Source: Candidatus Adlerbacteria bacterium (GTDB lineage Bacteria > Patescibacteriota > Minisyncoccia > Phycocordibacterales > SBAW01). From it: a stretch of DNA of 57,265 nucleotides. The stretch is taken from contig CAWCNA010000003.1 of assembly GCA_963796795.1 (NCBI GenBank), positions 1 to 57,265 on the forward strand. Direction: 5' to 3'. The position numbers and the translations under genes are program-made. Of the stretch, positions 25,820 through 36,728 are shown one piece after another. Every line of letters begins with the position of its first letter. Position 1 is the stretch's first letter. Below the pieces are notes generated by a model. It saw nothing but the letters and a program-made list of their open reading frames with translations. It did not search any database and had not been told where the DNA came from.

Positions 25820-27421
25820 ATGATCCGGCAGACTATTGAAAAATCTATCAGAGATGCACTTGCACAAAGTGGGGCAGGTGGTGTGAATTTTATTGTTGAA
25901 AGGCCGGGGCAAATGGACCACGGTGACTACTCAACAAATGCCGCGCTCGTTGCGAAACTAAATCCGCAGGAACTTGCTGACAAAATTAATATTGACAGAG
26001 TTGAAGTGAAAGTTGCAGGAAGATTTATAAACTTCTATCTCTCGCCAAAAATACTTGCCACGATTGTAGAAGAAGCAACTTCGAAAGAGTGGGGAAAGAA
26101 CACGTTGTATGAAGGCCAAAAAGTGATGGTTGAATACACCGACCCTAATCCATTTAAAGAATTCCATATTGGACACCTCATGAGCAATGCAATTGGCGAA
26201 AGTATTGCGCGCCTTTTTGAAACAGGTGGGGCTGAAGTTATGCGAGCAAATTATCAAGGTGATGTGGGCGTGCATGTTGCCAAGGCACTATGGGGCAAGC
26301 AGCAAAAACCCGAAGTTTCGTGGGGTGAAGCGTATGTATATGGTTCGGCCGAATATGAAGGACATAAAGAAGAAATAGATCAGCTCAATAAAGTTATTTA
26401 CGACAAAAACGATCCAATCGTAAACAAGCTCTATGACGATGGACGTGAAGAATCACTCGCCCATTTTGAAGAGGTCTACAAAATTCTTGGCACAAAGTTT
26501 GATTATTATTTTTTTGAAAGCGAAACCGGACCGTTGGGCTTGCAACTTGTTGAACAGCATCCGGAAGTTTTTATACAAAGTGAAGGAGCTATTATTTTCC
26601 GAGGTGAAGATGTTGGCCTCCATACTCGTGTATTTATAAACAGCAAAGGCATCCCCACGTATGAGGCAAAAGAACTTGGACTTGTTGTTGCAAAAAAGAA
26701 GCGAGGGCAGTTTGATCTCTCCCTCACTGTTACGGCGAATGAGACGCGGGATTATTTCAAGGTTGTACGTGCAGCTGCAGAAAAAATCTTCCCAGACTTG
26801 GAAGACAAGATGTTGACCCGTTTCCATGGTTTTATGAAACTCACGACAGGAAAAATGTCGTCACGATTGGGAAATATCATCACCGGGGAATCATTGATTA
26901 GCAGTTTGACAGAAGAAGCCCGCAGTAGGGAAGATGTGGCAGTTGGTGCCATTAAATACATGGTGTTACGGCAGGGCACTGGGAAAGATATTGTGTTTGA
27001 TCCAGAGAAATCCCTTTCACTCGAAGGCGACTCGGGGCCATACGTGCAGTATGCACTTGTACGCACACGCTCGTTATTAAAAGCAGCTGGTGTCGCTGAA
27101 GTGAAAGCGACGGAGCCGCTAGCGGAGGGTGAAGCTTGGCCTAGCGGCCTCGAGCGCCCTCCGTCTGCGGCTTTGGCGCTGAAACGGCTGCTCCCACATT
27201 TCCCCGATGCAATTTTGCGTGCTGCCGCAGATCTGGAACCTCATCATGTTGTGACATACATCACCGAACTCGCCGCGGCATTTAATAGTTGGTATGCAAA
27301 CGAGCGTTTGATTGTTGACGGAAAAGTTTCTGCCGACGCACTTGCACTTGTGCAGGCAGTTGAACATACGCTCCATAAAGGTTTGGAAATTTTGGGAATA
27401 CCCGCACCTGAGGAAATGTAA
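25820..27421 (+). CDS. argS: arginine--tRNA ligase
   Basis: EYTDPNPFKEFHIGHLMSNAIGE (HIGH motif) and the C-terminal DALR anticodon-binding region. The start was trimmed to ATG 25820. Confidence 0.93.
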   Translation: MIRQTIEKSIRDALAQSGAGGVNFIVERPGQMDHGDYSTNAALVAKLNPQELADKINIDRVEVKVAGRFINFYLSPKILATIVEEATSKEWGKNTLYEGQKVMVEYTDPNPFKEFHIGHLMSNAIGESIARLFETGGAEVMRANYQGDVGVHVAKALWGKQQKPEVSWGEAYVYGSAEYEGHKEEIDQLNKVIYDKNDPIVNKLYDDGREESLAHFEEVYKILGTKFDYYFFESETGPLGLQLVEQHPEVFIQSEGAIIFRGEDVGLHTRVFINSKGIPTYEAKELGLVVAKKKRGQFDLSLTVTANETRDYFKVVRAAAEKIFPDLEDKMLTRFHGFMKLTTGKMSSRLGNIITGESLISSLTEEARSREDVAVGAIKYMVLRQGTGKDIVFDPEKSLSLEGDSGPYVQYALVRTRSLLKAAGVAEVKATEPLAEGEAWPSGLERPPSAALALKRLLPHFPDAILRAAADLEPHHVVTYITELAAAFNSWYANERLIVDGKVSADALALVQAVEHTLHKGLEILGIPAPEEM

Positions 27422-27958
27422 TTAGAATCCTTTGTGCGTTTTTAAAAACTCTACTTCCTCTGGGGTCGAGGTACGGCCAAGTATATGGTTGCGATGCGGA
27501 AATCGACCAAACTGATCAATGATTTCCTTGTGCATCTTTTCATATCGTAATGCTTTTTCGTCACCGAGTGCTTCAAATAATGCGAACCCTTGTATGTGTA
27601 TGTCAGAAGACTCGCTGTGCATGTAGGGGAGATATGCAAACCCGCGTTCCTGCTGTGAGAGGTGAATGTCTTCACCTGCTTCGACCATCTTCTGTGCGCG
27701 CCCGAGTGCAAGCGCGTCATAGGCAAATGCGCGTGGTGTGTCGCGGAACATATTACGAGAAAACTGATCAAGCACTATAATTTCGGCCAAGCGGCCTTGC
27801 GGGGACCCCTGCCAACTTCTAGTTTCGCCAGCAGCAATCGCAGTATGTACTGGCAGAAAACGTCTACGGATATCTTCATCGAAAGCCTCGTTCTTTTTGT
27901 ACCAGTCTTTTGGAGTACATTCTGTGAACCAAAATTGTAGTATCTGGGTATAATCCAT
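27422..27958 (-). CDS. DUF924 family protein
   Basis: ILQFWF...LDQFSRNMFR...RFPHRNHILGRTSTPEE is characteristic of DUF924. Confidence 0.8.
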   Translation of the reverse strand: MDYTQILQFWFTECTPKDWYKKNEAFDEDIRRRFLPVHTAIAAGETRSWQGSPQGRLAEIIVLDQFSRNMFRDTPRAFAYDALALGRAQKMVEAGEDIHLSQQERGFAYLPYMHSESSDIHIQGFALFEALGDEKALRYEKMHKEIIDQFGRFPHRNHILGRTSTPEEVEFLKTHKGF

Positions 27959-27996
27959 ATCTGTACTATATATCGCACTCGCGATACGCTCTAGGT

Positions 27997-28656
27997 ATGC
28001 CAGTTAGGAATGAAGAAAGGCTCGCGGCACTTGAGCAGTGGATCACTGCTAATACCCCTGATCTGCCAATTTTGATACCGATAAGCGGAGGTACTGATAG
28101 TGCACTATGTTTCTGGTTATACAACAAAATTTTTGGGACGCGAGTCATCGGTGTATATATTGGCACTACATTGCGTGCCCGAGAATGGTTTGAGAGCATT
28201 GGTACAGTACGAGTTATTGAAGCACCGCCCGACATGTTCCACGATCCAGAGCTTGTGCGTTGGGCACAACTGCTCAAAATTGCGCTCGATGACAAACGTT
28301 TGCTCGTAGGCGCGCGTAATAAGACTGAGCATATACTAGGCACATTTAGTTTGGCGAGCAGGGTCGCGTCGCACCTGCCACTTACTGGACTCTGGAAAAG
28401 TGAGGTGCTCGCGTTATGTGAGCACATCGGTGTTCCTGCGGAAGTAATCGAATCGAGCCGAAAGGCGGATGTCGCGTGTGGCAGGCCTGACGAGCTGGTA
28501 CAAATTAGCGTTGAGTTGGTCGATGATTTTTTACGGACAAAAATTGGAGAACTTCCTATACACGACAAGGTTCCTACTTTAGAAGATGTTGCGTATCTAG
28601 AGCGCCTGTATCAACAACAGGGTTTTAAGCGAACCCTGCCTCTTCTGCCTCAATAG
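27997..28656 (+). CDS. PP-loop ATP pyrophosphatase, NAD+ synthetase (NadE)-like
   Basis: PP-loop PISGGTDSAL. NadE-like GARNKTEHILGTF...LPLTGLWKSEV. Confidence 0.6.
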   Translation: MPVRNEERLAALEQWITANTPDLPILIPISGGTDSALCFWLYNKIFGTRVIGVYIGTTLRAREWFESIGTVRVIEAPPDMFHDPELVRWAQLLKIALDDKRLLVGARNKTEHILGTFSLASRVASHLPLTGLWKSEVLALCEHIGVPAEVIESSRKADVACGRPDELVQISVELVDDFLRTKIGELPIHDKVPTLEDVAYLERLYQQQGFKRTLPLLPQ

Positions 28657-28684
28657 GCAAAAAATTCATTGAATCAGCTTTTGA

Positions 28685-29317
28685 TTATTTACGGAAAATT
28701 TTTTCAGGGTCGAACTGCTCGGTCGCATTAACAATATCTCGAACTATTTTCTTTCTTTTTTCTATCATATCCAGCCTGTTTCTAGAAAAAGCTGGTGTGG
28801 ACTCAAAAAAACTTCTGATGCTATACTCGGCGTTTTCCAAAGTGTCGATGTGCGCTTTAATATCATAACGGTAAAGTGAATTCAAATTTTCTCTCTCGTC
28901 TTGAGACGGGGCTTTGTTGTTCAAAGTTTTTATTTCCTTCTCAAAATCGCTAACGCCCTTGGAAAGTCCTATTAGAGCATTTTGTTGGGCCGCCTCTGCC
29001 TTAAGGATTTTTTCGATAGATTCATCAATCATCTTTTTGCGTATTTGTGGACTTGAAATTGAATCCTTATTGCCCTCACCTTGAAGTTGTCGCGTTGCAG
29101 CATCCACAATCAAACCCTCTTTCGAGGTATCAACTTTTTTTAATTCAGCACTCAAAGCCAATTGCGAAAGTTCTTTGGCTTTTGTTTCGATATTTTTTAC
29201 TTTTGACTCCAATGGCGCTTGCCCAAAAGCTTCTTTTCCTCCAGTGGCAGTGGCAATTGTGACAGCGGTGGCGCCTTTTAAGAAATTACGACGGGAAATA
29301 TTTTCAGGTCCTGACAT
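28685..29317 (-). CDS. Tat-signal secreted coiled-coil protein
   Basis: Twin-arginine motif SRRNFLKGATAVTIATA. The start was trimmed to ATG 29317 because the longer ORF overlaps the ileS start. Confidence 0.6.
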   Translation of the reverse strand: MSGPENISRRNFLKGATAVTIATATGGKEAFGQAPLESKVKNIETKAKELSQLALSAELKKVDTSKEGLIVDAATRQLQGEGNKDSISSPQIRKKMIDESIEKILKAEAAQQNALIGLSKGVSDFEKEIKTLNNKAPSQDERENLNSLYRYDIKAHIDTLENAEYSIRSFFESTPAFSRNRLDMIEKRKKIVRDIVNATEQFDPEKIFRK

Positions 29318-29405
29318 AAAAATGTTTATATGAGCTAATACCAAAAGTATATCTCTATTTTTTAGGGCCTGTAAATGAACCTCAAATCTGCTATAGTTTT
29401 TTGAT

Positions 29406-32400
29406 ATGGACGATTTGAAGCAGGGTGGCGAAGAGCTGCACCCGGAGATAGTGAATAAGCCCAAAAGTGCCTTTGCTGTTAGAGAGGAAAAGACCTTGGC
29501 ATTTTGGCAGGACAAAGAAATTTTTCAAAAATCACTGGATAAACACGCTCCGAAGGGGGATTTTGTGTTTTATGATGGTCCACCGTTTGCGAACGGTCTC
29601 CCGCACTACGGGCACTTACTGCAAAGCTCCATTAAGGATGCAATTCCGCGCTACCGCACTATGCAGGGCTACCGCGTGCCTCGCCGCTGGGGATGGGATT
29701 GTCATGGCCTGCCGGTTGAAAACCTTGTTGAAAAAGAAATGGGTTTTAAAGGCAAACGCGACATCGAAGACTTTGGCATTGCGAATTTCAACAAGGCTGC
29801 GCGCACGAGCATCATGAAGGACGTTGCCGACTGGAAACGCATCATCCCGCGCATCGGCCGCTGGGCCGACATGGAGAACGACTACAAGACCATGGACGGC
29901 ACGTACACCGAGTCGGTCTGGTGGGCGTTTAAGAATTTGCACAGCCGCGGCCTTATTTACGAAGGTTTCAAGGGTATGCATTTTTGCCCGCGCTGCGGCA
30001 CGACGCTTTCAAATAATGAAGTGGCGCAAGGTTACATGGATATTGATGATATCGCCGTCACCGTAAAATTTCCGCTTGTCGATGAGCCAGAAACTTCTAT
30101 TCTTATTTGGACCACCACACCGTGGACACTGCCGGGGAACACCGCTGCCGCGGTAAATGCAGATGCAACGTATGTTAAAGTCCGTACCAATGAGGGGTTT
30201 GTAATCGTTCTAAAAGAATTAGCAACAAAAGTATTGGGAGAAGATATAAAAGTTTTTAGCGAGATGCTCGGTAAAGATTTGGTTGGTAAGCGATACGAGC
30301 CACCCTTTTCGTATTTTAAAGATACGCTCCATAAACATAAAACTCATGCATATAAAATCTATGCAGCGCCGTACGTAACACTTGAGGATGGTACGGGCAT
30401 CGTGCATTTGGCACCTGGGTACGGTGCAGAAGATTTGATCTTCGCGCAGAAAGAAAAAATTCCGCTTATCCAGCACGTCACTGACGAGGGTAAATTTATT
30501 TCAACCGTCGTAGATTTTGCCGGCTTGCCTGTGAAGCCAAAAGGCCGCCATATGGAGACGGATGCAAAAATTGTTGAGCATCTGCAGAATCGGGGGTTGC
30601 TGTTCCATCAGGAAAAAATAAATCACTCCTATCCTCATTGCTGGCGCTGCGACACGCCACTTTTAAACTGGGCGTCGAACTCATGGTTTGTAAGCGTTGC
30701 AAAAGTAAAAAAAGATTTGCTTGCACAAAATAAAAAAGTTTCCTGGGTGCCAAAGAGCACGGGGGAGGGTCGATTCCAGAAAGGCCTTGAAACTGCACCG
30801 GATTGGGCGATTTCGCGCAGCCGTTATTGGGGCGCACCATTGCCCGTGTGGCGCCACAGCAAAACCAAAGAAATAAAAGTCGTGGGCTCAGTCGACGAAC
30901 TCCTTACAATGGTGCGCCGCTCGGGCAACACATATTTTGTTATGCGTCATGGTGAATCGAATTCAAATGTCATCGACACAGAAGATGTTGCTGGCGACCC
31001 TGACAATCATCTAACTGAAAAAGGTAAAAAGGAGGTCATGGTTGCAGCGCGAGCGCTTTCATCAAAAAAAATAGATTTGATTGTTACTTCGCCGTTTTTG
31101 CGCACTAAAGAAACGGCACAGCTGCTGGCGCAAGAGTTTGGCCTGTCGGATTCTGCAATTATGACAGACACCCGTTTGGGTGAGGTCGAGCATGTAACGC
31201 CCGACCTATGCCGTGCCGTGGGAGAATTTATTTTTGAAATAGAACGTCGTTACAGTGGTAAAAATGTACTCGTTGTTTCTCATGGAGGAACTATGTGGGC
31301 ATTGCAACAAGTAGCGGCTCGCCAGTCGAGGCTTGGATTTAATCGCACCGCCATGCTTGGTAATGCGGAGTGGGCAGAATTACCTTTTGTTCCGTATCCG
31401 CACAACGACGACTACGAACTCGATCTGCATCGCCCATATATAGATGATATTCCACTAGGAGATTCGCTCGCGGGGGAGTGGAAGCGTGTGCCGGATGTGT
31501 TTGACTGCTGGTTTGAGTCGGGCTCGATGCCGTACGCGTCGAACCATTATCCGTTCAAGAAAAATAATTTCAATCCAAAAAAGGTATTTGGATTTATGCC
31601 TAAAGGCTACCCAGCCGACTTTATTGCCGAGGCCGTCGACCAAACTCGCGGTTGGTTTTATTCGCTGATTGTTTTGGGAACGGCGCTCTTTGGAAAGTCG
31701 CCATATAAGAATGTCATTACGACCGGGTTTATTAATGCAAGCGATGGTAAAAAAATGAGCAAGCGGCTCAAAAACTATCCCGACCCCTTGGAGTTAATAG
31801 ACAAATACGGCGTCGATTCCTTGAGGTATTACATGCTGTCGTCGCAATTGGTGCGTGGCGAAGACTTGAGCTTTAAGGAACAAGGTGTTGAAGAGGTTTC
31901 AAAAAAACTTTTGATGCGCCTCGACAACGTTGTGTCGTTTTATGAACTGTATGCAAACAGCACGCCACGTTCAAACGAAAGCACGGCTGCGCTTGACCGA
32001 TGGATCGTTTCGCGTCTTGCAGAGCTAGTACAGCAAACGACCGAAGGCTTTGAGAAATACGAACTTGATGTTGCAACCCGGCCACTTGCTGCGTTTATTG
32101 ACGACCTTTCAACGTGGTATCTGCGCCGCTCGCGTGATAGGTTTAAAAGTGATACTCAAGATAAAAAAGACGCCCTTGCCACGTTGCGTTTTACGCTGTA
32201 CATAGTTTCGCACGTCATGGCTCCAGTTATGCCATTTTTCGCAGACGAACTATTTGGCCGTATAAAAGAAGAAGGCGATGCCGAAAGCGTGCATCTTTCG
32301 AGCTGGCCTGAAGCTGGAAGTGTTGATATAGATCTAATTTCCGGGATGTCTTTTGTTCGCAGCCTTTCCACTATTGCTCTTAAACAACGAGAAGAAGCTA

Positions 32401-32760
32401 ACCTCAAAGTCCGTCAACCACTTCGAGAAATTTACTGTTATCTCTGCCGTCGGTTTGCCTTCAGATTTGCATGAGATTCTTTCAGAGGAAATCAATGTTA
32501 AAGAAATTATATTCACATTGGGTGAACAGGGGAAAGCCTCGTACGTACTCGATACAGAATTAACTTCCGAACTTAAAGAAGAGGGAATTGTGCGTGATAT
32601 TGTGCGCAAAATCCAAGGCTGGCGTAAAGAACAGAATCTCCAGATTACTGACAGAGCTTCATACGTGCTGACCGCAACAGAAGAAGAAAAGGCAGCGGTA
32701 GAAAAAAATCGCACAAAAATTATGGAACTGACAGGGTTGAATGCTTTACACATCGAATAA
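29406..32760 (+). pseudogene. ileS: isoleucine--tRNA ligase carrying an inserted histidine-phosphatase domain; one frame disruption near the 3' end as sequenced
   Basis: HIGH (PHYGH), KMSKR, CP1 editing region. The main ORF ends at 32474 (..VRQPLREIYCY..). The +1 frame continues (E)KFTVISAVGLPSDLHEILSEEINVKEI...EGIVRDIVRKIQGWRK, the IleRS C-terminus. The shift is near 32424-32433 (gagaaattt). Confidence 0.9.
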
Positions 32761-33341
32761 TGCACGACATTTTTGTTACTGATGGCATCGTGCTCGGCAA
32801 GCGTCTTTTTGGTGAGGCAAACATATCCGTTGCGGTGCTGACCCGCGACTTCGGTGTCATCCGCGTTGGCGCCCGCTCGGCAAGGCTTGAGCGTTCGAAA
32901 CTTCGATACGGTTTGGAAAGTCTAACACACGGTACATTTTCCTTGGTGCGGGGAAGATACGAATGGAAATTGACTGGCGCGCAGGATCTTTCTCGCACCT
33001 ACGTTGGGGCATCGCTTGCACAGCGCCGCTCGGCCGGCCGTATCGCGCGATTACTGCTCCGGCTTATCCACGGCGAAGAGGAGGTGTCCGAACTCTACGA
33101 AACAGTCGCGAACGGTTTGGAATATTTGGCAGGGCAGGCGAGTGAAGAAGACATTGAACACGTAGAGTGTGTGCTGGTGTTACGTATACTGTTCCATTTA
33201 GGGTATGTCGAGGAAGGTGAAGCGGTGCGGCCTTTTATTGAAAGTGCACAGATGTCTCCCGAATTAGTAACGGATGCACGAGCCTTGCGGCCCACTTTGA
33301 TACGCACCGTCAACGAATCACTCGGGGCGACGGGCCTCTAA
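32760..33341 (+). CDS. recO: DNA repair protein RecO
   Basis: N-terminal OB-fold text DGIVLGKRLFGEANISVAVLTRDFGVIRVGARSAR. The start overlaps the ileS stop (TAATG). Confidence 0.75.
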   Translation: MHDIFVTDGIVLGKRLFGEANISVAVLTRDFGVIRVGARSARLERSKLRYGLESLTHGTFSLVRGRYEWKLTGAQDLSRTYVGASLAQRRSAGRIARLLLRLIHGEEEVSELYETVANGLEYLAGQASEEDIEHVECVLVLRILFHLGYVEEGEAVRPFIESAQMSPELVTDARALRPTLIRTVNESLGATGL

Positions 33342-33357
33342 ATGGTATACTTCTCTG

Positions 33358-35313
33358 ATGGCGCGCGAGAAAAAGGGCTCCGTAGACGGCCTTAAAGACA
33401 GGCTCTATTCACGAAAAGAAGAGATGCTTGTCGACCCGCAGGAGCGCACGCCGCTTTCGACGAACGATATTCGCCCACCTGTAGGTTGGAAGAGCGTCGA
33501 ACCTGAACCTGAATTTAAACCTGCAGCCGCCACTGCCGCACCTTTTACCTTGGCACCACGACGTAAAAAATCCCGCATATCGCTTCCGGTGAAATTTTTC
33601 ATCGGGTCGCTTTTGTTTTTCTTCTTCGCTGCGGGAGTTGCTGCGTATCTATTCTTTACGGGCGGCAATAGCATCTCGCCGGCAAATATTGACCTCTCTG
33701 TTGTGATGCCGTCTGTTATCGACGGGGGCAAAACAAGCAGCGTGCAAATTCTTATCGACAATCGCAACCAAGCAAATCTAAAATTGGTCGACTTAGTGAT
33801 TAATTATCCAACCGGCACTCGCGACCCAGCATCACCATCCGATGCCCTTACGCATGAGCGCCAGTCCATTGGTGACATAAACGCCGGGCAGCAGATGACA
33901 CGCACGAGCCAAGCAATTTTTTATGGGCAAGAGGGTCAATCACAGCAAGTTTCAGTGCAATTGGAATACAGCGTTGCTGGTTCGAACGCCGTGTTTGAAA
34001 AAGATGCATCAGCAACGTTTACAGTTGGCTCGTCACCAATCTCAATTTCCGTCTCAGCGCCGACTGAAGCAATTTCCGACCAGCAATTTGCCATGGACAT
34101 CACCGTGCAAAGCAACGCACTCGCACCGATACAAGATGTTGTAATACAGGGGCAGTATCCTTTTGGTTTTACGGTGAATAATTCGACCCCAACAGCGCTT
34201 GCGGGTGGAACGCTGTGGCGGCTCGGCACCATGCAGCCGGGTGATTCACAAGTGATACATCTCACAGGTACGCTCGAGGGTCAGGATGGCGATGCCCGGG
34301 TCTTCTACTTCCTTGCTGGTTCTGACTCCGACCAGACTGATACAAAAATCCCTGTGCCATTCCTTTCTGTTCCACAAACACTGACGGTACGGCAGGCATT
34401 TATCAGCGGCCAAATTGCAGTAGGGGGCCAGACTGGCAAAACTGTAAGCGTGCCCGCGGGCTCAAATGTGCAAGGTGTTATCACTTGGACCAACAATTTG
34501 CCCGACCCCGTGTCCGATGTGCAACTCAGCCTTTCACTCAAAGGTCCGACACTCGACACAACATCGGTCGCATCGCCGACCGGCTTCTATCAATCATCAA
34601 ACTCAACAATTACCTGGTCGAAAGATCAAGACGCAGAGCTGCAAACTGTACCGCCCGGAGGTACGGGCACGTTGCCGTTTAGTTTTTCAACAGTGCCTCC
34701 TGGTGGGAGCAGTACGCTGTATTCCAATCCAACCATTGACCTAAATTTGACTATCTCGGGGACCAGACAAGGAGAGGCGGGAGTGCCGGAACAAGTTTCG
34801 TCTGCTGCATCGGCAGAAGTACAACTCTCATCGCTCATGACGTTGAGTGCACAAGCGCTCCACTTTAGCGGCCCGTTTGCAAACACCGGCCCCATGCCGC
34901 CTACTCCAGGACAACCGACTACATACTCTGTTGTCTGGACGGCCACGAACACGTCGAATATCATTGCCAATGCGACTACTGTAACGACACTGCCTTCGTA
35001 TGTGACGTTCGTATCTGCGGTGCCGGGCAGCGGCATAGTCTACGACCCGGCAAGCCGCACAGTTACGTGGACAATGGGCGATATAAAAGCGGGCGCTGGG
35101 TTCACAGCAGCAGCTCCCTCGGCAGCATTTCAGGTGTCGTTGCTGCCAAGTTCAAGCCAGAGCGGGCAGGTTGTATCTCTCACGGGCGCCACAACGGTTG
35201 CGGGCCAGGACAGATTTACACAAACCCAAGTAACAGCGAAGGCTATCGGCCCAACAACACTGCTTGTAAACGATGCGGGCTATACCGCGAATATGGGCAC
35301 TGTCTCACAATAA
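33358..35313 (+). CDS. membrane-anchored extracytoplasmic protein with repeated Ig-like/CARDB-like beta domains
   Basis: 651 aa. Single TM segment (FFIGSLLFFFFAAGVAAYLFF), then Thr/Ser/Val-rich beta repeats. No enzymatic motif. Confidence 0.7.
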   Translation: MAREKKGSVDGLKDRLYSRKEEMLVDPQERTPLSTNDIRPPVGWKSVEPEPEFKPAAATAAPFTLAPRRKKSRISLPVKFFIGSLLFFFFAAGVAAYLFFTGGNSISPANIDLSVVMPSVIDGGKTSSVQILIDNRNQANLKLVDLVINYPTGTRDPASPSDALTHERQSIGDINAGQQMTRTSQAIFYGQEGQSQQVSVQLEYSVAGSNAVFEKDASATFTVGSSPISISVSAPTEAISDQQFAMDITVQSNALAPIQDVVIQGQYPFGFTVNNSTPTALAGGTLWRLGTMQPGDSQVIHLTGTLEGQDGDARVFYFLAGSDSDQTDTKIPVPFLSVPQTLTVRQAFISGQIAVGGQTGKTVSVPAGSNVQGVITWTNNLPDPVSDVQLSLSLKGPTLDTTSVASPTGFYQSSNSTITWSKDQDAELQTVPPGGTGTLPFSFSTVPPGGSSTLYSNPTIDLNLTISGTRQGEAGVPEQVSSAASAEVQLSSLMTLSAQALHFSGPFANTGPMPPTPGQPTTYSVVWTATNTSNIIANATTVTTLPSYVTFVSAVPGSGIVYDPASRTVTWTMGDIKAGAGFTAAAPSAAFQVSLLPSSSQSGQVVSLTGATTVAGQDRFTQTQVTAKAIGPTTLLVNDAGYTANMGTVSQ

Positions 35314-35323
35314 AATATTCTCT

Positions 35324-36712
35324 ATGTCTGAAAAAGAAAATAACCTGATGGAAAAAATAGTTTCGCTCTGCAAGCGCCGCGGCTTCGTATTCCAAGGCTC
35401 TGAAATCTACGGTGGCTTGGCAGGCACATGGGATTACGGCCCTCTTGGCGTCGCGCTCAAGAAAAATATTGAAAATCTGTGGTGGCGTTTTTTTGTTGAG
35501 TCGCGCGATGATATGTATGGCATCGATTCAGCGATTTTGATGAACTCAAAAGTGTGGGAAGCAAGCGGCCACGTGGGTGGTTTTAATGACCCGTTGGTAG
35601 AAGATAAAAAAACAAAAAAACGCTATCGTCTCGATCATTTGCTTGAAGACGCTGGTATTGACCCGACCGGTATGAGTTTGGAAGAAATGGGCCACGTCTT
35701 GGCAGAGAAAAAAATAAAAAGTCCCGATGGAAACGATTTTGCTCCGCCTCAGCAGTTCAATATGATGTTTAAAACATTCGTCGGTTCGGTCGACGGTTCA
35801 GATACGACTGTATACCTGCGCCCCGAAACTGCACAAGGTATGTTTGTTAACTTCAAAAATATAATAGATTCGTATCATCCCAAACTCCCGTTTGGTATTG
35901 CACAAATTGGTCGCAACTTCCGTAATGAAATTGCACCACGTGATTTTATATTCCGTGTGCGAGAGCTCGAAATAATGGAGTTTGAATATTTTATTGAAGA
36001 AAAAACATGGGAAGAAAAATTCGAATATTGGCTCGCGCAAATGCACGAGTGGTTTGTGCTTTTAGGCTTTACTGAAAGCGACATTAAAGAAGTAGAGATA
36101 CAAGATGGCGAACGCGCGCACTATTCTAAACGCACGGTCGACTTCCACTTTAAGTATCCAAGCAAATTCGATGAAATTGGAGGGTTGGCATACCGAACGG
36201 ATTTTGATCTAAAAAATCATATTACACACAGTGGCGCAGACCTTCAATACATGGACGGCACAACAAATGAAAAATTTGTACCACACGTGCTTGAACCGAC
36301 GTTTGGGTTGGGCCGCCATCTGCTCGCAGTTATTGCAAAAGCATATACAGAGGATGAATTGGGTGGGGAAACGCGAACGTTCCTTAAATTCTCTCCGCAC
36401 CTAGCCCCAGTCAAGGCCGCAGTATTTCCATTACTCAAAAACAAACCAGAATTGGTAGTAAAAGCTCGCGAAGTGTATGTGGCGCTCAAAAAAGAAATTC
36501 CTCAAATTATGTGGGACGACAACGGGAATATTGGCAAGCGTTACCGCAGGCAGGATGAAATCGGCACGCCGTGGTGCATCACCATAGACTTCGATACGTT
36601 GGGTGAGAATAAAGACTTGGAAGGCACGGTTACCGTACGCGACAGGGATTCGGGCGAGCAAACACGCATGGCAATTTCGGAACTCGCTGGTTTTATCAAA
36701 AAAGCCCTATAA
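35324..36712 (+). CDS. glyQS: glycine--tRNA ligase (class II, dimeric type)
   Basis: RRGFVFQGSEIYGGLAGTWDYGPLG, FRNEIAPRDFIFRVREL, and IGKRYRRQDEIGTPW. Confidence 0.93.
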   Translation: MSEKENNLMEKIVSLCKRRGFVFQGSEIYGGLAGTWDYGPLGVALKKNIENLWWRFFVESRDDMYGIDSAILMNSKVWEASGHVGGFNDPLVEDKKTKKRYRLDHLLEDAGIDPTGMSLEEMGHVLAEKKIKSPDGNDFAPPQQFNMMFKTFVGSVDGSDTTVYLRPETAQGMFVNFKNIIDSYHPKLPFGIAQIGRNFRNEIAPRDFIFRVRELEIMEFEYFIEEKTWEEKFEYWLAQMHEWFVLLGFTESDIKEVEIQDGERAHYSKRTVDFHFKYPSKFDEIGGLAYRTDFDLKNHITHSGADLQYMDGTTNEKFVPHVLEPTFGLGRHLLAVIAKAYTEDELGGETRTFLKFSPHLAPVKAAVFPLLKNKPELVVKAREVYVALKKEIPQIMWDDNGNIGKRYRRQDEIGTPWCITIDFDTLGENKDLEGTVTVRDRDSGEQTRMAISELAGFIKKAL

Positions 36713-36728
36713 GTGTTATAGTGGGCGC

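Noticed and set aside
27966-28568. A 200-aa minus-strand ORF opposite the NadE-like gene.
   Set aside because: The plus-strand frame contains the PP-loop SGGxDS motif and NadE-like downstream motifs. The minus-strand product is Ser/Cys-rich and matches no family.
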